64,000 nt of DNA, taken from positions 1,536,001 through 1,600,000 of the forward strand of contig OZ244561.1 in NCBI GenBank assembly GCA_965217585.1. The letters run 5' to 3'. Below the pieces are notes generated by a model. The model searched no databases. It saw nothing but the letters and a program-made list of their open reading frames with translations, and was not told where the DNA came from. The position numbers and the translations under genes were made by a program. Numbering within the stretch: position 1 is the stretch's first letter; each line of letters opens with the position of its first letter. Below are positions 47,902 through 58,020 of this stretch, one piece after another. The DNA comes from Candidatus Latescibacterota bacterium (GTDB lineage Bacteria > Latescibacterota > UBA2968 > UBA8231).

Positions 47902-49077
47902 TCAATTGGCCGCGCGCTTCTTGCGGGAGGCACTCAGGGCCTTGCGGATTTCCTCCTGCTCCTGCAACTGCTCGCTCACTACCATGGCGACCTCGCTCGT
48001 CAGGCTCTCGACCGAGGTCGTGGTAATCACCGGAATGCCGTGGGCAGCACTCGTTTCAATGAGATAGTCCTGAATTTTGAGAATATCCTCCAAGTGCTCC
48101 ATATAGCGATGGGCCGAGCGCGACGGAGCCTCGCTGGCGCGCTGGGCAAAGCGATTCTCAAAGGCGTCGCGGCCAGGAAGCTCCAAACACACCGGCGTGA
48201 TAAAGGCGTCGCCAGCGTATCCCTCTAAGTCCAGCATGTCGCTGATTAAGTGTACACCGTCGATGATGACGCTGGTGTTTTCCTCGATGCAGCGGCTGAT
48301 GATGGCCTTGACCCCAACGCAGACGCTACGCGCCTGCTCGCGAAATCCGGCGACAACCGCGTCGTGATGACCGGCCGCAGGGGCGACCTTCCAAGCGGTG
48401 TACGAGGAGGCATGCAGGGCCGGCATCAGCTCCTGTGCAAGCGTCAGGCGCATGACTTGGCGCAAGTCATCGGTAGCTACCACCCGAGGAATATCGAGCA
48501 AATTGGCCAGCGCAATCGCCAACGTAGTCTTGCCGACCCCGCTGGCACCGCCGATGAGGATAATCAGGGGTTTATCTACATCGCCCCAAGCCCGCCACAA
48601 GCGGTAGCGCTCGGCAAAGGACTTGTCAAAGGACTTTTCGATCAGCTCGGCCGCCAGATCTTCCAGCTCCCAGTGCGCGATATGCTGGCGACGCTGGTCG
48701 ATCAAGCGCGCTTCAATCGTCTGCGCAATCTCGTAGCTCTGGTCTGGAGGCAGCCCAGACGCCTGAATGGAATCCGACAGCAACTCCTTGGAGAAAGGCC
48801 GCGACCCGCTCTTGCGCTCGACGGTGATAGTGGTGGGTTGGCGCTCCCAGAAAATTAGGTCGCCGGCCTCGTACGTGCCGAACCCCTTGCGAATGGCACT
48901 ATGTACGAGCTGCACCATGTCCTTCTTGCGTACGAACTCTACTTTGCCCAAAGACGCGCGCACCGCATTGGCCACAGCGCGGGCGTCTTCGTAGCTGAAG
49001 CCGCGTTCGATTAGGTAGTGCACCAGCATCCCGCGCATAAAGGGGATGCGCTTTTTGCCATCGACTATGGTTGCCAC
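47902..49077 (-). CDS. ATP-cone domain(s) + 2-phosphoglycerate kinase-like P-loop kinase
   Basis: PFMRGML and PFSKELL ATP-cone starts; ILIGGASGVGKTT, TDDLRQVMR, LHASSY and IIDGVH. Confidence 0.75.
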   Translation of the reverse strand: MATIVDGKKRIPFMRGMLVHYLIERGFSYEDARAVANAVRASLGKVEFVRKKDMVQLVHSAIRKGFGTYEAGDLIFWERQPTTITVERKSGSRPFSKELLSDSIQASGLPPDQSYEIAQTIEARLIDQRRQHIAHWELEDLAAELIEKSFDKSFAERYRLWRAWGDVDKPLIILIGGASGVGKTTLAIALANLLDIPRVVATDDLRQVMRLTLAQELMPALHASSYTAWKVAPAAGHHDAVVAGFREQARSVCVGVKAIISRCIEENTSVIIDGVHLISDMLDLEGYAGDAFITPVCLELPGRDAFENRFAQRASEAPSRSAHRYMEHLEDILKIQDYLIETSAAHGIPVITTTSVESLTSEVAMVVSEQLQEQEEIRKALSASRKKRAAN

Positions 49078-49092
49078 GATAAGCGATCCCTT

Positions 49093-50040
49093 TTATTGCT
49101 GCGCGGCGGTGGAGTCTTCCCACGCCGCAATCGTCCGCTCCAACCCTTCGGCAAGCCCGACCCTCGGCTCGTAGCCCAACTCGGCCCGGGCGCGCGATAT
49201 ATCGGCTGACGAGAAGCGGATATCACCAGCCCGAGGCGGGGCGAACATCGGCACCAGCTCGGTCCCCAAAATCTGGTTGAGCGCGGCGATCAATTCCAGC
49301 AGTGACGCGCTGCGGCCGCAGCCGATATTGTATATCCGCCCAGCGACTCCCGGAGTAGTACTAGCCCTCATATTGGCCTCGACCACATCGCCGACATAGA
49401 CAAAATCGCGCGATTGGTGGCCATCGCCGCAAACGGTCGGCGCCTCGCCTGTCCGCATCCGAGCGACAAAAATCGAAATGACGCCCGAGTACGGAGAAGA
49501 CGGCACCTGCCTAGGGCCAAAAACATTGAAGTAGCGCAAGCCAACCACCTCCAAGCCGTAGACTCGGCTGTACACTCGAGCGTAGTGCTCGCCCATGACC
49601 TTGGAAACCGCGTAGGGCGACTCGGGTTCAGGCACCATGTCCTCGCGCTTGGGCATTTGCGGGTTATTGCCATACGCCGAGGCAGAACTGGCAAAAACCA
49701 CGCGGCGCACCCCGGCCTGCCGCGCCGCTTGCAAAAGCCGCAGCGTTCCCACGGCGTTGACTTCCTGCTCGACGAGAGGATGATCGACCGAAACCGGCAC
49801 CGAGCCGATGGCTGCGTGGTGCAGGACGCAATCGACCTGTTGCACCACCTCGGCGAGCAAGGCCGCGTCGCGGATATCGCCCTCGACGAACTCTATCTCG
49901 CCTAGGATTCCGGCCAAGTTTTCGCGCCGCCCCGTGCTCAAGTCGTCGAGCACTCGCACCGCGTGCCCTTCTGCACACAAGCGCTGACAGAGATGAGAAC
50001 CAATAAACCCCGCCCCACCCGTGACCAAATACCGACCCAT
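49093..50040 (-). CDS. NAD-dependent nucleotide-sugar epimerase/dehydratase
   Basis: VTGGAGFIGS, YAVSK and LRYFNVFGPRQ; start re-called at MGRY. Confidence 0.9.
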   Translation of the reverse strand: MGRYLVTGGAGFIGSHLCQRLCAEGHAVRVLDDLSTGRRENLAGILGEIEFVEGDIRDAALLAEVVQQVDCVLHHAAIGSVPVSVDHPLVEQEVNAVGTLRLLQAARQAGVRRVVFASSASAYGNNPQMPKREDMVPEPESPYAVSKVMGEHYARVYSRVYGLEVVGLRYFNVFGPRQVPSSPYSGVISIFVARMRTGEAPTVCGDGHQSRDFVYVGDVVEANMRASTTPGVAGRIYNIGCGRSASLLELIAALNQILGTELVPMFAPPRAGDIRFSSADISRARAELGYEPRVGLAEGLERTIAAWEDSTAAQQ

Positions 50041-50220
50041 ATTCCCTCGTATCAAAGTTGGCCGACTAATATAGCAACAGCCGGGTGGCCGCGCACAGCG
50101 CCTTGAGCGGCGCAATCGACTTGTTGATTTGCGCCTACGCTTGTATATTTGCAAAGCTCACACGAGGCGGTGTGGGGGGCCATGGCGTTCGCTGTGGCCT
50201 TTTTTTATTGACTATACGTT

Positions 50221-51705
50221 ATGATCCAACAACGCATCCCCGATCCCTGTGCCCTCGTCATCTTCGGTGCCTCGGGCGACCTGACCCGGCGCAAACTGGT
50301 GCCGGCTATCTGGCACTTGCAACACCAAGGTCGCCTGCCCCAAGCCTTTCACCTAGTGGGCGTAGCCCGCCGCGCCTGGGACGACGACCTCTTTCGCCAA
50401 AAGATGCGGGAGTCCTTGGCCGAATTCGTCGGCCCGCTCGACGATAGCGCGCGCGACGCCTTCCTCGCCAAGTTCCACTACGTGCGCGGCGACCCGGGCG
50501 ACCCGGTGACCTACGCCGCGCTCAAAGCACGACTCGAAACCCTCGACCGCGAATGCGGCACCGAGGGCAATCGCTGCTTTTACTGCTCGGTGCCGCCGCA
50601 GATATACCTCGACATCGTCGAGCAGCTAGGGCGCGCCGGCCTCAGCTACCAACACCGAGACCACCAAGGCTGGTGCCGGATCATCGTCGAAAAGCCCTTT
50701 GGCCACGACCACGACTCGGCCCGCGAACTCAACCAAGCCCTGCATTCGGTCTTTGTCGAAGAGCAGATTTACCGCATCGACCACTACCTCGGCAAGGAGA
50801 CCGTGCAGAACATCCTCGTCTTTCGCCTCGGCAATTCAATTTTTGAGCCACTGTGGAACAGGCGCTACGTCGATCACGTGCAGATCACCGCGGCCGAGCG
50901 CGTCGGCGTGGAGCACCGCGCTGGCTACTACGACCAATCGGGTGCCTTGCGCGACATGATCCAAAACCACCTCTTGCAGGTTCTCTGCGTCATTGCCATG
51001 GAGCCACCTTCCTCGTTTGACGCCGAGAGCGTGCGCCTCGAAAAGCTCAAGGTGCTCAAGGCGATCCGCTCCATCCGCATCGGTCAAGTTGACCGCTATG
51101 CGGTCCGCGGCCAATACGGACCCGGTGAGAACGCGCCGGGCTACCTGCAGGAACAAGACGTGCCCCCCAACTCGCGCACCGAGACCTTCGCCGCCCTCGA
51201 ATTCACTGTGGACAACTGGCGCTGGCAAGGGGTGCCGTTCTACGTGCGCACGGGCAAGCGCATGGCCAAGCGCACCAGCACGATCACCCTGCAATTCCAC
51301 CAGCCTCCACACCTGATTTTCTCCCGAGCCGACGCCCTATCCCCCAGCACCCTCACCATCCGCATCCAACCCGAAGAGGGCATCTCGCTTTCCTTCAACG
51401 GCAAGATCCCCGGTCCCGATGTCAACTTAGGCACCGTCAACATGGACTTCAGCTACGCCGATTCGTTCGGCGGACGCACGCCCGAAGCTTACGAGACCCT
51501 GATCCTCGACTGCCTGCTCGGCGACGCGACTCTCTACTCAGACAGCGATTGGATCGAGCAGTCGTGGGCACTCCTAACGCCCATCCTCGACGCTTGGCAA
51601 GCACCTTCATCGGGCGAGGTGCCGTCCTATCCGGTCGGTGCCGCCGGCCCCGAGGAAGCCAACGATCTGCTCGGGGAGGCTTGGAGAAAGTGGGCACCCC
51701 TGTGA
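50221..51705 (+). CDS. zwf: Glucose-6-phosphate 1-dehydrogenase
   Basis: IFGASGDL, VEKPFG, RIDHYLGKE, RDMIQNH and RWQGVPF. Confidence 0.96.
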   Translation: MIQQRIPDPCALVIFGASGDLTRRKLVPAIWHLQHQGRLPQAFHLVGVARRAWDDDLFRQKMRESLAEFVGPLDDSARDAFLAKFHYVRGDPGDPVTYAALKARLETLDRECGTEGNRCFYCSVPPQIYLDIVEQLGRAGLSYQHRDHQGWCRIIVEKPFGHDHDSARELNQALHSVFVEEQIYRIDHYLGKETVQNILVFRLGNSIFEPLWNRRYVDHVQITAAERVGVEHRAGYYDQSGALRDMIQNHLLQVLCVIAMEPPSSFDAESVRLEKLKVLKAIRSIRIGQVDRYAVRGQYGPGENAPGYLQEQDVPPNSRTETFAALEFTVDNWRWQGVPFYVRTGKRMAKRTSTITLQFHQPPHLIFSRADALSPSTLTIRIQPEEGISLSFNGKIPGPDVNLGTVNMDFSYADSFGGRTPEAYETLILDCLLGDATLYSDSDWIEQSWALLTPILDAWQAPSSGEVPSYPVGAAGPEEANDLLGEAWRKWAPL

Positions 51706-52676
51706 TCATCGCCGGTGATGTCGGCGGCACCAAAACGTACCTCGCCGCTTTTGACCCAGCCGCCCAAGGCTTTGACCCCCTCGTCGAACGGCGCTACCAA
51801 ACTGCGTCCTACTCCAGCGCCGGTGCGCTGCTCAAAGCCTTCGCCGACGAGACGCAGATCGATCCCAGCCGCACGGTCTTAGGCGTACCCGGCCCCGTCC
51901 ATCAGCTTCCCGTTCGCGCCGTCAATCTGCCCTGGCTCATCGACCCCAGCGAAATTTCGGCGGTACTCAACGGCACCGAAGTACATCTGCTCAACGACCT
52001 GCAAGCGACTTCCTACGGCACCTTGGTGTTGGAGCCGGACGACCTGTGTCCGCTCAACCAAGGTCAGCGTGACCCCAAGGGTAACATCGCCGTCATCGCC
52101 GCCGGCACCGGGCTAGGTGAGGGGGGCTTGTGCTGGACCGAGGGCCGCTACGCAGCCATCGCCTCTGAGGGAGGACACGCGACCTTCGGTCCTAGTTCCG
52201 CGCTTGAAGTCGAGCTTTGGCGTTTCCTCAACGAGCGCTATGGCCACGTTAGCTGGGAACGGGTCGTCTCGGGCCAGGGCTTGGCCGCAATCTACGACTT
52301 CCTGTGCAAACGACATCCCGACCGCGCCGACGCTTCTCTGGCCCCCGAGGCAGAACAGCCCGACCGCGCCGATGCCATCGCTCGCGCCGGTCTCGAAAGC
52401 CACTCTGCGCTGGCCGTAGCGGCCCTCGACCTCTTCGCGCTCCTCTACGGTCGCGAAGCGGGGAACTTGGCGCTGAAGCTGATGTCTTCGGGGGGGGGTT
52501 TCGTCGGCGGCGGCATCGCGCCCAAGATCCTCGCCAAGCTGCGCGACGGCCGCTTTATGGAGGGCTTTATGGACAAAGGCCGCATGGGCGAGCCGCTAGC
52601 GGCCATTCCCGTCCACGTCGTGCTCAACGACAAGACCGCGCTGCTGGGTGCCGCCTATTGGGGGGCGCAGTTTTAG
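51702..52676 (+). CDS. glk: Glucokinase
   Basis: AGDVGGTKT, LLNDL, AGTGLGE, SEGGH and GGGIAPK; GTGA overlap with zwf. Confidence 0.92.
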   Translation: MIIAGDVGGTKTYLAAFDPAAQGFDPLVERRYQTASYSSAGALLKAFADETQIDPSRTVLGVPGPVHQLPVRAVNLPWLIDPSEISAVLNGTEVHLLNDLQATSYGTLVLEPDDLCPLNQGQRDPKGNIAVIAAGTGLGEGGLCWTEGRYAAIASEGGHATFGPSSALEVELWRFLNERYGHVSWERVVSGQGLAAIYDFLCKRHPDRADASLAPEAEQPDRADAIARAGLESHSALAVAALDLFALLYGREAGNLALKLMSSGGGFVGGGIAPKILAKLRDGRFMEGFMDKGRMGEPLAAIPVHVVLNDKTALLGAAYWGAQF

Positions 52677-52680
52677 TCTG

Positions 52681-53880
52681 CTAGCCGAGCAATTCCCTGA
52701 GCCGTCGGGCGATCTGTTCAGGCTCGCCCTCCTTGAGACACATCGGCCCAAAAATCACCGCACCTTCGTAAACATCGGTCGGGTTAGCGGCGATCTGCGG
52801 TCGGCCTTCCTGTAGCGCCTTAACCAGTTCCAGCGCCGTCATGCCTGCGCCTTCCTCGTCGAGTACCAGCCGCGCGGTCGGAATCTCGACGCGCTTGCGG
52901 TCGGCTACCACCGCGATCTCGGCGTGTCGCAGCACTCCACACGCGGCGACCAGTTCCTCCATCAGCGCAGACCAGCGCCGCCGTCGCGCCGCCGGGTCCT
53001 CGGCGACAAAAAGACGCAGTGCCTTCACCAAACCCGCGATCTCTTCCTTGCCGACCTTGCAAGGCCGCCCAATGCCATGCTGTGGGGCACCGGGTAGCTG
53101 CGACTTATCGATCAAACTCGCCGGTGGTTCCCACAGCTCGGGCATCACGTCGAGGTCCTGGTGTTGCAGCGCTGCCGAGGCGATCAAATCCCGCCGCCCG
53201 CACAAAATCCCCGAAGCTTGCGGCCCGCCTATGGTCTTGCCACCGCTAAAGGCAACCAGATCGGCTCCGGTGGCAATGAAGCGCTGCAAGTTGCTCGCCG
53301 GCGGGAGCTGACCGGCTGCATCCACAATCACCGGCACGCCGCCCTTGCGCGCCGCAGCCACCACCTCCTCCAGCGACGGCTGCGTGTGCGCGTATGCCAC
53401 GTACACGATCGCTGCCGTCCGCTCGCTGATCGCCGCCTCGATCTCCCATCCTTCCGCATCGCGCACTCCGGCCCCGGAAAAGCGGTCGGCAATCCCCACT
53501 TCCACCAACTCAATCCCCACCGAACGCACCGCGTGGTCGTAGAAGTTCCGGTGGCTGCGCGCCATGATCACTTCGCTCTTCATCCCGGACGTATCCGGCA
53601 AGCGGTTCATCTTCCCTGGGTCCAATCCGGTCACACAAGCCGCCGTCCCTAGCAACAAACCCGCCGCCGCCCCGCTCGTCACATACCCGGCCTCCGCGCC
53701 GGTGATCTCGGCGATAATCTCCCCAGCCCGCGCCTGCATCTGCGCTATATCCACGCAGCGCTCCGAAGCCTGCCGCATCGCCTCGGCCACCTCCGGGTGC
53801 ATGATCGACCCGCTCAATCGCGTCGCCGGTCCCACGGCGTTGATAATGGGATCGACGCCTAGTTCTTGATATATGTCCAT
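52681..53880 (-). CDS. SelA-like PLP-dependent enzyme (DgaE family)
   Basis: IINAVG..T.LSGS, VTSGAAAG, VDAA, FSGGK and IGRPCKVGKE. Confidence 0.8.
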   Translation of the reverse strand: MDIYQELGVDPIINAVGPATRLSGSIMHPEVAEAMRQASERCVDIAQMQARAGEIIAEITGAEAGYVTSGAAAGLLLGTAACVTGLDPGKMNRLPDTSGMKSEVIMARSHRNFYDHAVRSVGIELVEVGIADRFSGAGVRDAEGWEIEAAISERTAAIVYVAYAHTQPSLEEVVAAARKGGVPVIVDAAGQLPPASNLQRFIATGADLVAFSGGKTIGGPQASGILCGRRDLIASAALQHQDLDVMPELWEPPASLIDKSQLPGAPQHGIGRPCKVGKEEIAGLVKALRLFVAEDPAARRRRWSALMEELVAACGVLRHAEIAVVADRKRVEIPTARLVLDEEGAGMTALELVKALQEGRPQIAANPTDVYEGAVIFGPMCLKEGEPEQIARRLRELLG

Positions 53881-53882
53881 TT

Positions 53883-55202
53883 TTAGAGCGGCCTTCCCCC
53901 GCCGTCGTAGAGTAAGCCAGGTGCCGGAAAACGGGCGCAGAGTGCCCGCACTTCAGCTGCCACTTCGGCGTACTCCGCTTTCCGGTCGTCGAGTTCCAGC
54001 GCTTTATTGGCCCGCACCTCGGCCACCCGCTCCATCCACTCGGCCAACTGTCTCATCTCCTCGGTGCCAAAGCCCCGGCTGGTAATCGCCGGCGTGCCGA
54101 TGCGGATGCCGCTGGGCTTGCGCGCCGGCCGCGGATCAAAGGGCACGCGATTGAAATTGCAGACGATACCCGCCGCGTCCAGCGCCTTGGCCATCGCATA
54201 ACCCGTAATGCCTTTATCGGTCATGTCCATGAGGATCAGGTGGTTGTCGGTGCCGCCCGAGCTGAGGGCAAAACCGCGCGCCGACAGGGCGACGGCCAAG
54301 GTCTGGGCATTGGCGACGATCTGTTGGGCATACCGCTTAAACTCCTCGCTCATCGCCTCCTTGAGCGCGACTGCAATCGCCGCCGTGGTGTTGTTGTGCG
54401 GCCCGCCCTGCAACCCTGGGAACACCGCCTTATCGAGGGCCTCAGCGTACTGCGCCCGGCATAAGATCATCCCGCCGCGCGGCCCCCGCAGCGACTTGTG
54501 AGTTGTGGTCGTTACCACATCCACGTGCGGCACGGGGCTGGGATGCACCCCGGCGACCACCAACCCGGCAATATGCGCCATATCGGCGACCACGATGGCC
54601 CCCACGGAATGCCCGATCTCGGCAAAGCGCGCAAAGTCAATGATGCGCGGATAGGCCGTGCCCCCGCAGAAGATCAGCTTGGGCCGGTGCTCTTTGGCCA
54701 GCGCTTCGACTTGGTCGAAGTCGATCTGGCCGGTGTCCCGGCACACCCCGTATTGCACGGACTTGTAGTGCATCCCCGAGATACTGACCCGGTCGCCGTG
54801 CGTCAGGTGGCCTCCGTGCGCCAGCGCCAAGCCCATGACCGTATCGCCCGGCGCGCACAAGCCGACGTACACGGCCTGATTGGCCGGCGAGCCCGAATAG
54901 GGCTGCACATTGACGTGCTGGGCACCAAAAACCTCCTTGGCGCGCTCGACGCAAAGCCGCTCGATCTTGTCGATTTCTCGCTGGCCCTCGTAGTAGCGCA
55001 CGCCTGCGTATCCTTCGGAGTACTTATTCGTCAGGATTGAACCGCTGGCTTCGAGTACGGCTTGACTGGCGTAATTTTCAGATGGGATCAGGCGAATTTT
55101 ATTGTGCTGACGTCTGTTTTCAGCGCGAATGATGGCCTCGACTTCTGGGTCCACTGTCGCCAGCGTCCCCGCGATTTCGGGCTGCACCGCCACTACTTCC
55201 AT
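53883..55202 (-). CDS. glyA: Serine hydroxymethyltransferase
   Basis: LIPSEN, NKYSEGY, GGHLTHG, TTTTHKSLRGPRGG, FPGLQGGP and SGIRIGT. Confidence 0.96.
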   Translation of the reverse strand: MEVVAVQPEIAGTLATVDPEVEAIIRAENRRQHNKIRLIPSENYASQAVLEASGSILTNKYSEGYAGVRYYEGQREIDKIERLCVERAKEVFGAQHVNVQPYSGSPANQAVYVGLCAPGDTVMGLALAHGGHLTHGDRVSISGMHYKSVQYGVCRDTGQIDFDQVEALAKEHRPKLIFCGGTAYPRIIDFARFAEIGHSVGAIVVADMAHIAGLVVAGVHPSPVPHVDVVTTTTHKSLRGPRGGMILCRAQYAEALDKAVFPGLQGGPHNNTTAAIAVALKEAMSEEFKRYAQQIVANAQTLAVALSARGFALSSGGTDNHLILMDMTDKGITGYAMAKALDAAGIVCNFNRVPFDPRPARKPSGIRIGTPAITSRGFGTEEMRQLAEWMERVAEVRANKALELDDRKAEYAEVAAEVRALCARFPAPGLLYDGGGRPL

Positions 55203-55279
55203 TGGTTTTGTTCTCCCCAGCGCGTTTGTTTGTTAATTTTGGTGTAAATAGCTCACAAAAACTACGCCGGGACATTTCT

Positions 55280-56848
55280 ATGAGCAAGTATTTGGGCATT
55301 GACTCTAGCACCCAATCCATCACCGGTCTGCTCATCGACGCGGAGCAGCGCACCATCGTCGCCGAAGCGTCCATCAACTTCGACGAGCACTTCAAAGCCA
55401 CGTATGGGGTCGTCAACGGCGTCTTCGATCTCGGCGAGGGCGCGGTCCACAGTGCACCTCTAATGTGGGCCGAAGCGCTGGACCTGCTCCTGCAAACGCT
55501 CGCCAACCAAGGCCACGATCTCGGTGCAGTGCGGGCTGTCGCCGGCAGCGGCCAGCAGCACGGCACCGTCTATCTCAACGCCAGCGCCGGCCCAGCCCTA
55601 GCGCGCCTGTCGCTCGGCCAGCCGCTCAAGGACCAGCTCGCCGCCATCTTCGCTCGCCCAACTTCTCCCATCTGGATGGACACTTCCACGGCCTCGCAAT
55701 GCGCCGAGATCGAAGCGGGCGTCGGCGGGCGCGCAAGCCTGCTCGCACTCACGGGCAACGCGGCCTTTGAGCGCTTCAGCGGCCCGCAGATCCGCAAGTT
55801 TTACCAAACCGAACCCGCTGCTTACGCCGACACTACCTACATCGGCTTGGTCAGCTCCTATGTCGCCAGCCTGCTCGCAGGACAGCTCGTCGGCGTTGAT
55901 CCCGGCGATGGCAGCGGCACCAACATGATGGACATTGCCGCTCGCCAGTGGAGTGCGCTCGCGCTCGACGCTACGGCTCCCGGCCTAGCCGCCAAACTCC
56001 TGCCCATCGCCCCCTCGGGCCAGCCCGTCGGCCCCATCAGCCCTTATTATGTGGGTCGCTACGGCTTTGCGGACGACTGCCTCGTGTTGCCCTTTTCGGG
56101 CGACAATCCGTGCAGCCTCATCGGTCTCGGCCTCGTCGTCCCGGGGCAAGTCGCCCTGAGCTTGGGCACTTCGGACACCCTGTTTGCCTGCATGGACCAG
56201 CCGCGTACCTCCGCGGCTGGCGAGGGTGCGGTCTTCGCCTCGCCCGACGGCACGCACTACATGGCCCTGACTTGCTATCTCAACGGCAGCTTGGCCCGCG
56301 AGGCCGTGCGCGACCAATACGGCATGGACTGGCAGCAGTTTACCCAAGCCTTACACGCCACGCCGCCGGGCAACAACGGCGCGCTCATGCTCCCTTACTT
56401 CGCGCCGGAAATCGTCCCCAAAGTCCCCCGGTCCAACGTCGTCCGCCAAAACCTCGACCCCACCGATGCGCCGGCCAATGTCCGCGCCGTCATCGAGGCT
56501 CAAGCCCTTTCCTCGCGCATCCACGCGCGTTGGATGGGTGTGGACATTTCCTCGCTCTACGTCACCGGCGGCGCATCGGCCAACGCCGAAATCCTGCGCG
56601 TCTTCGCCAACGTCCACAACTGCCCGGTCCACCGCTTCGAGACGACCAATTCAGCGGCCCTAGGCGCAGCCTTGCGCGCCGCCCACGCCCACCAATCCTC
56701 AGCCGGCCATGCGCCTTCGTGGGCGGAAGTTGTCGAGCCATTCGCGCAGCCGGTCGCCGGATCAACGATTGAGCCAGAACCAAGGGCCGTAGCCGCATAC
56801 GACGAACTCATCGGCCAGTACGCCGCTTTAGAGCAAGCGCACACTTAG
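55280..56848 (+). CDS. Xylulokinase (FGGY family, eukaryote-like subtype)
   Basis: LGIDSSTQS, GSGQQHG, PIWMD, ERFSGPQIRK, GDNP, SLGTSDT and TGGAS. Confidence 0.82.
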   Translation: MSKYLGIDSSTQSITGLLIDAEQRTIVAEASINFDEHFKATYGVVNGVFDLGEGAVHSAPLMWAEALDLLLQTLANQGHDLGAVRAVAGSGQQHGTVYLNASAGPALARLSLGQPLKDQLAAIFARPTSPIWMDTSTASQCAEIEAGVGGRASLLALTGNAAFERFSGPQIRKFYQTEPAAYADTTYIGLVSSYVASLLAGQLVGVDPGDGSGTNMMDIAARQWSALALDATAPGLAAKLLPIAPSGQPVGPISPYYVGRYGFADDCLVLPFSGDNPCSLIGLGLVVPGQVALSLGTSDTLFACMDQPRTSAAGEGAVFASPDGTHYMALTCYLNGSLAREAVRDQYGMDWQQFTQALHATPPGNNGALMLPYFAPEIVPKVPRSNVVRQNLDPTDAPANVRAVIEAQALSSRIHARWMGVDISSLYVTGGASANAEILRVFANVHNCPVHRFETTNSAALGAALRAAHAHQSSAGHAPSWAEVVEPFAQPVAGSTIEPEPRAVAAYDELIGQYAALEQAHT

Positions 56849-56972
56849 GGCGCGGTCCGACGCAAAAAGATCGGGTTATATGCGTAGGCCCGTTGGCGTC
56901 TGGGAGTCGCCAGCGAAGACTGCTAGCAGCCCGACCGCCGCTGAGACAAGCAATTACAGGAAAGGATGAACA

Positions 56973-57884
56973 ATGACGCGATTTGACGACATGAAGGGGG
57001 TCTTCGGACTGCTGCCGACCCCGTACAGGGACGACCTCGAGATCCACATCGACGACCTGAAGAAGGTGGCCAACTTCTGCTGCGAGAGCGGCCAGCACGG
57101 CATCGTCTGGCCGGTTATGGTCGGGGAGTTTTGGTTTTTGGGCGAGGAAGAACGGGTCCGGGGGCTAGACGCGGTGCTGGAGGAGGTCAACGGCCGCCTG
57201 CCCGTGGTCTTCGGCTGTTCTGGGATCTCGGTGCCGCAGGTGCTGCTCTATGCGCGGGCGGCGCAAAAAGCCGGGGTGGATTCGATTATCGCCATGACGC
57301 CGGCGCGCACCGACCCCGCCACGGCGATGGACATGTACCGGCGGTTGGCTGGGGTGTTCGACGGGCCGATCATGGTGCAGAACGCCGATATGTACGCGCC
57401 GTTGCGCGGCGAGCAGGTGGCGCAATTGGTCGACGAGATCCCGCAGGTCGAATACGTCAAGGAGGAGCGGCAGCCCGGCCCTAAGCACATCGCCGAGGTG
57501 GCCGAGATGGTCGGCGACCGGGTCAAGTGCATCTTCGGCGGGGCAGCGGGCAAGTTTTTGCCCGACGAGATGCGCCGCGGCGCCAATGGCAATATGCCAG
57601 CCTGCGAACTGGCCGATGTGCTGGCCAAAATCACCGAGCTGTGGTGGGCCGGGCAGGAGGAGGATGCGCGCGCGATGCACCGCCGCCTGTTGCCGCTGAT
57701 CATTCTCGAAACCCACCCCTTTATGCGCTATATCCTCAAGCGCCGAGGGGTGTTCAGCACACTGGTGGAACGAGCACCAGCAGGCAAGCTGGCGCTGGAC
57801 GAGGGCGACAAGCAGGAGATCGCGACCCTGCTGGAAACCGTCGCGGAGGATATCGAGTCGTTTCCGATATTACCGGAGCACTAG
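56973..57884 (+). CDS. Dihydrodipicolinate synthase family lyase
   Basis: GVFGLLPTPY, VGEF..L, MVQN and YVKEE (Schiff-base Lys). Confidence 0.85.
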   Translation: MTRFDDMKGVFGLLPTPYRDDLEIHIDDLKKVANFCCESGQHGIVWPVMVGEFWFLGEEERVRGLDAVLEEVNGRLPVVFGCSGISVPQVLLYARAAQKAGVDSIIAMTPARTDPATAMDMYRRLAGVFDGPIMVQNADMYAPLRGEQVAQLVDEIPQVEYVKEERQPGPKHIAEVAEMVGDRVKCIFGGAAGKFLPDEMRRGANGNMPACELADVLAKITELWWAGQEEDARAMHRRLLPLIILETHPFMRYILKRRGVFSTLVERAPAGKLALDEGDKQEIATLLETVAEDIESFPILPEH

Positions 57885-58020
57885 CGCGTGTCGTGCAGGT
57901 ATCCAACAATTGCGGTTCCTGGCTGCTCATATTCGATCCTGTTCGCAGCGACGGACCGTTGAGCTAGGCCGCTCCATCTTCGACTACCAAGTTGCGCCCA
58001 ACGGCTCGGAGAGATCACCT

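Noticed and set aside
52681-53880. Possible selenocysteine synthase selA
   Set aside because: Shorter SelA-like/DgaE architecture, with no selB or selC nearby.
56871-56934. Imperfect long palindrome (TCGGGTT...GTAGGCCCGTTGGCG...CGCCAGCG...AGCCCGA), REP-like
   Set aside because: Only one copy seen in the window, with many mismatches; insufficient support.
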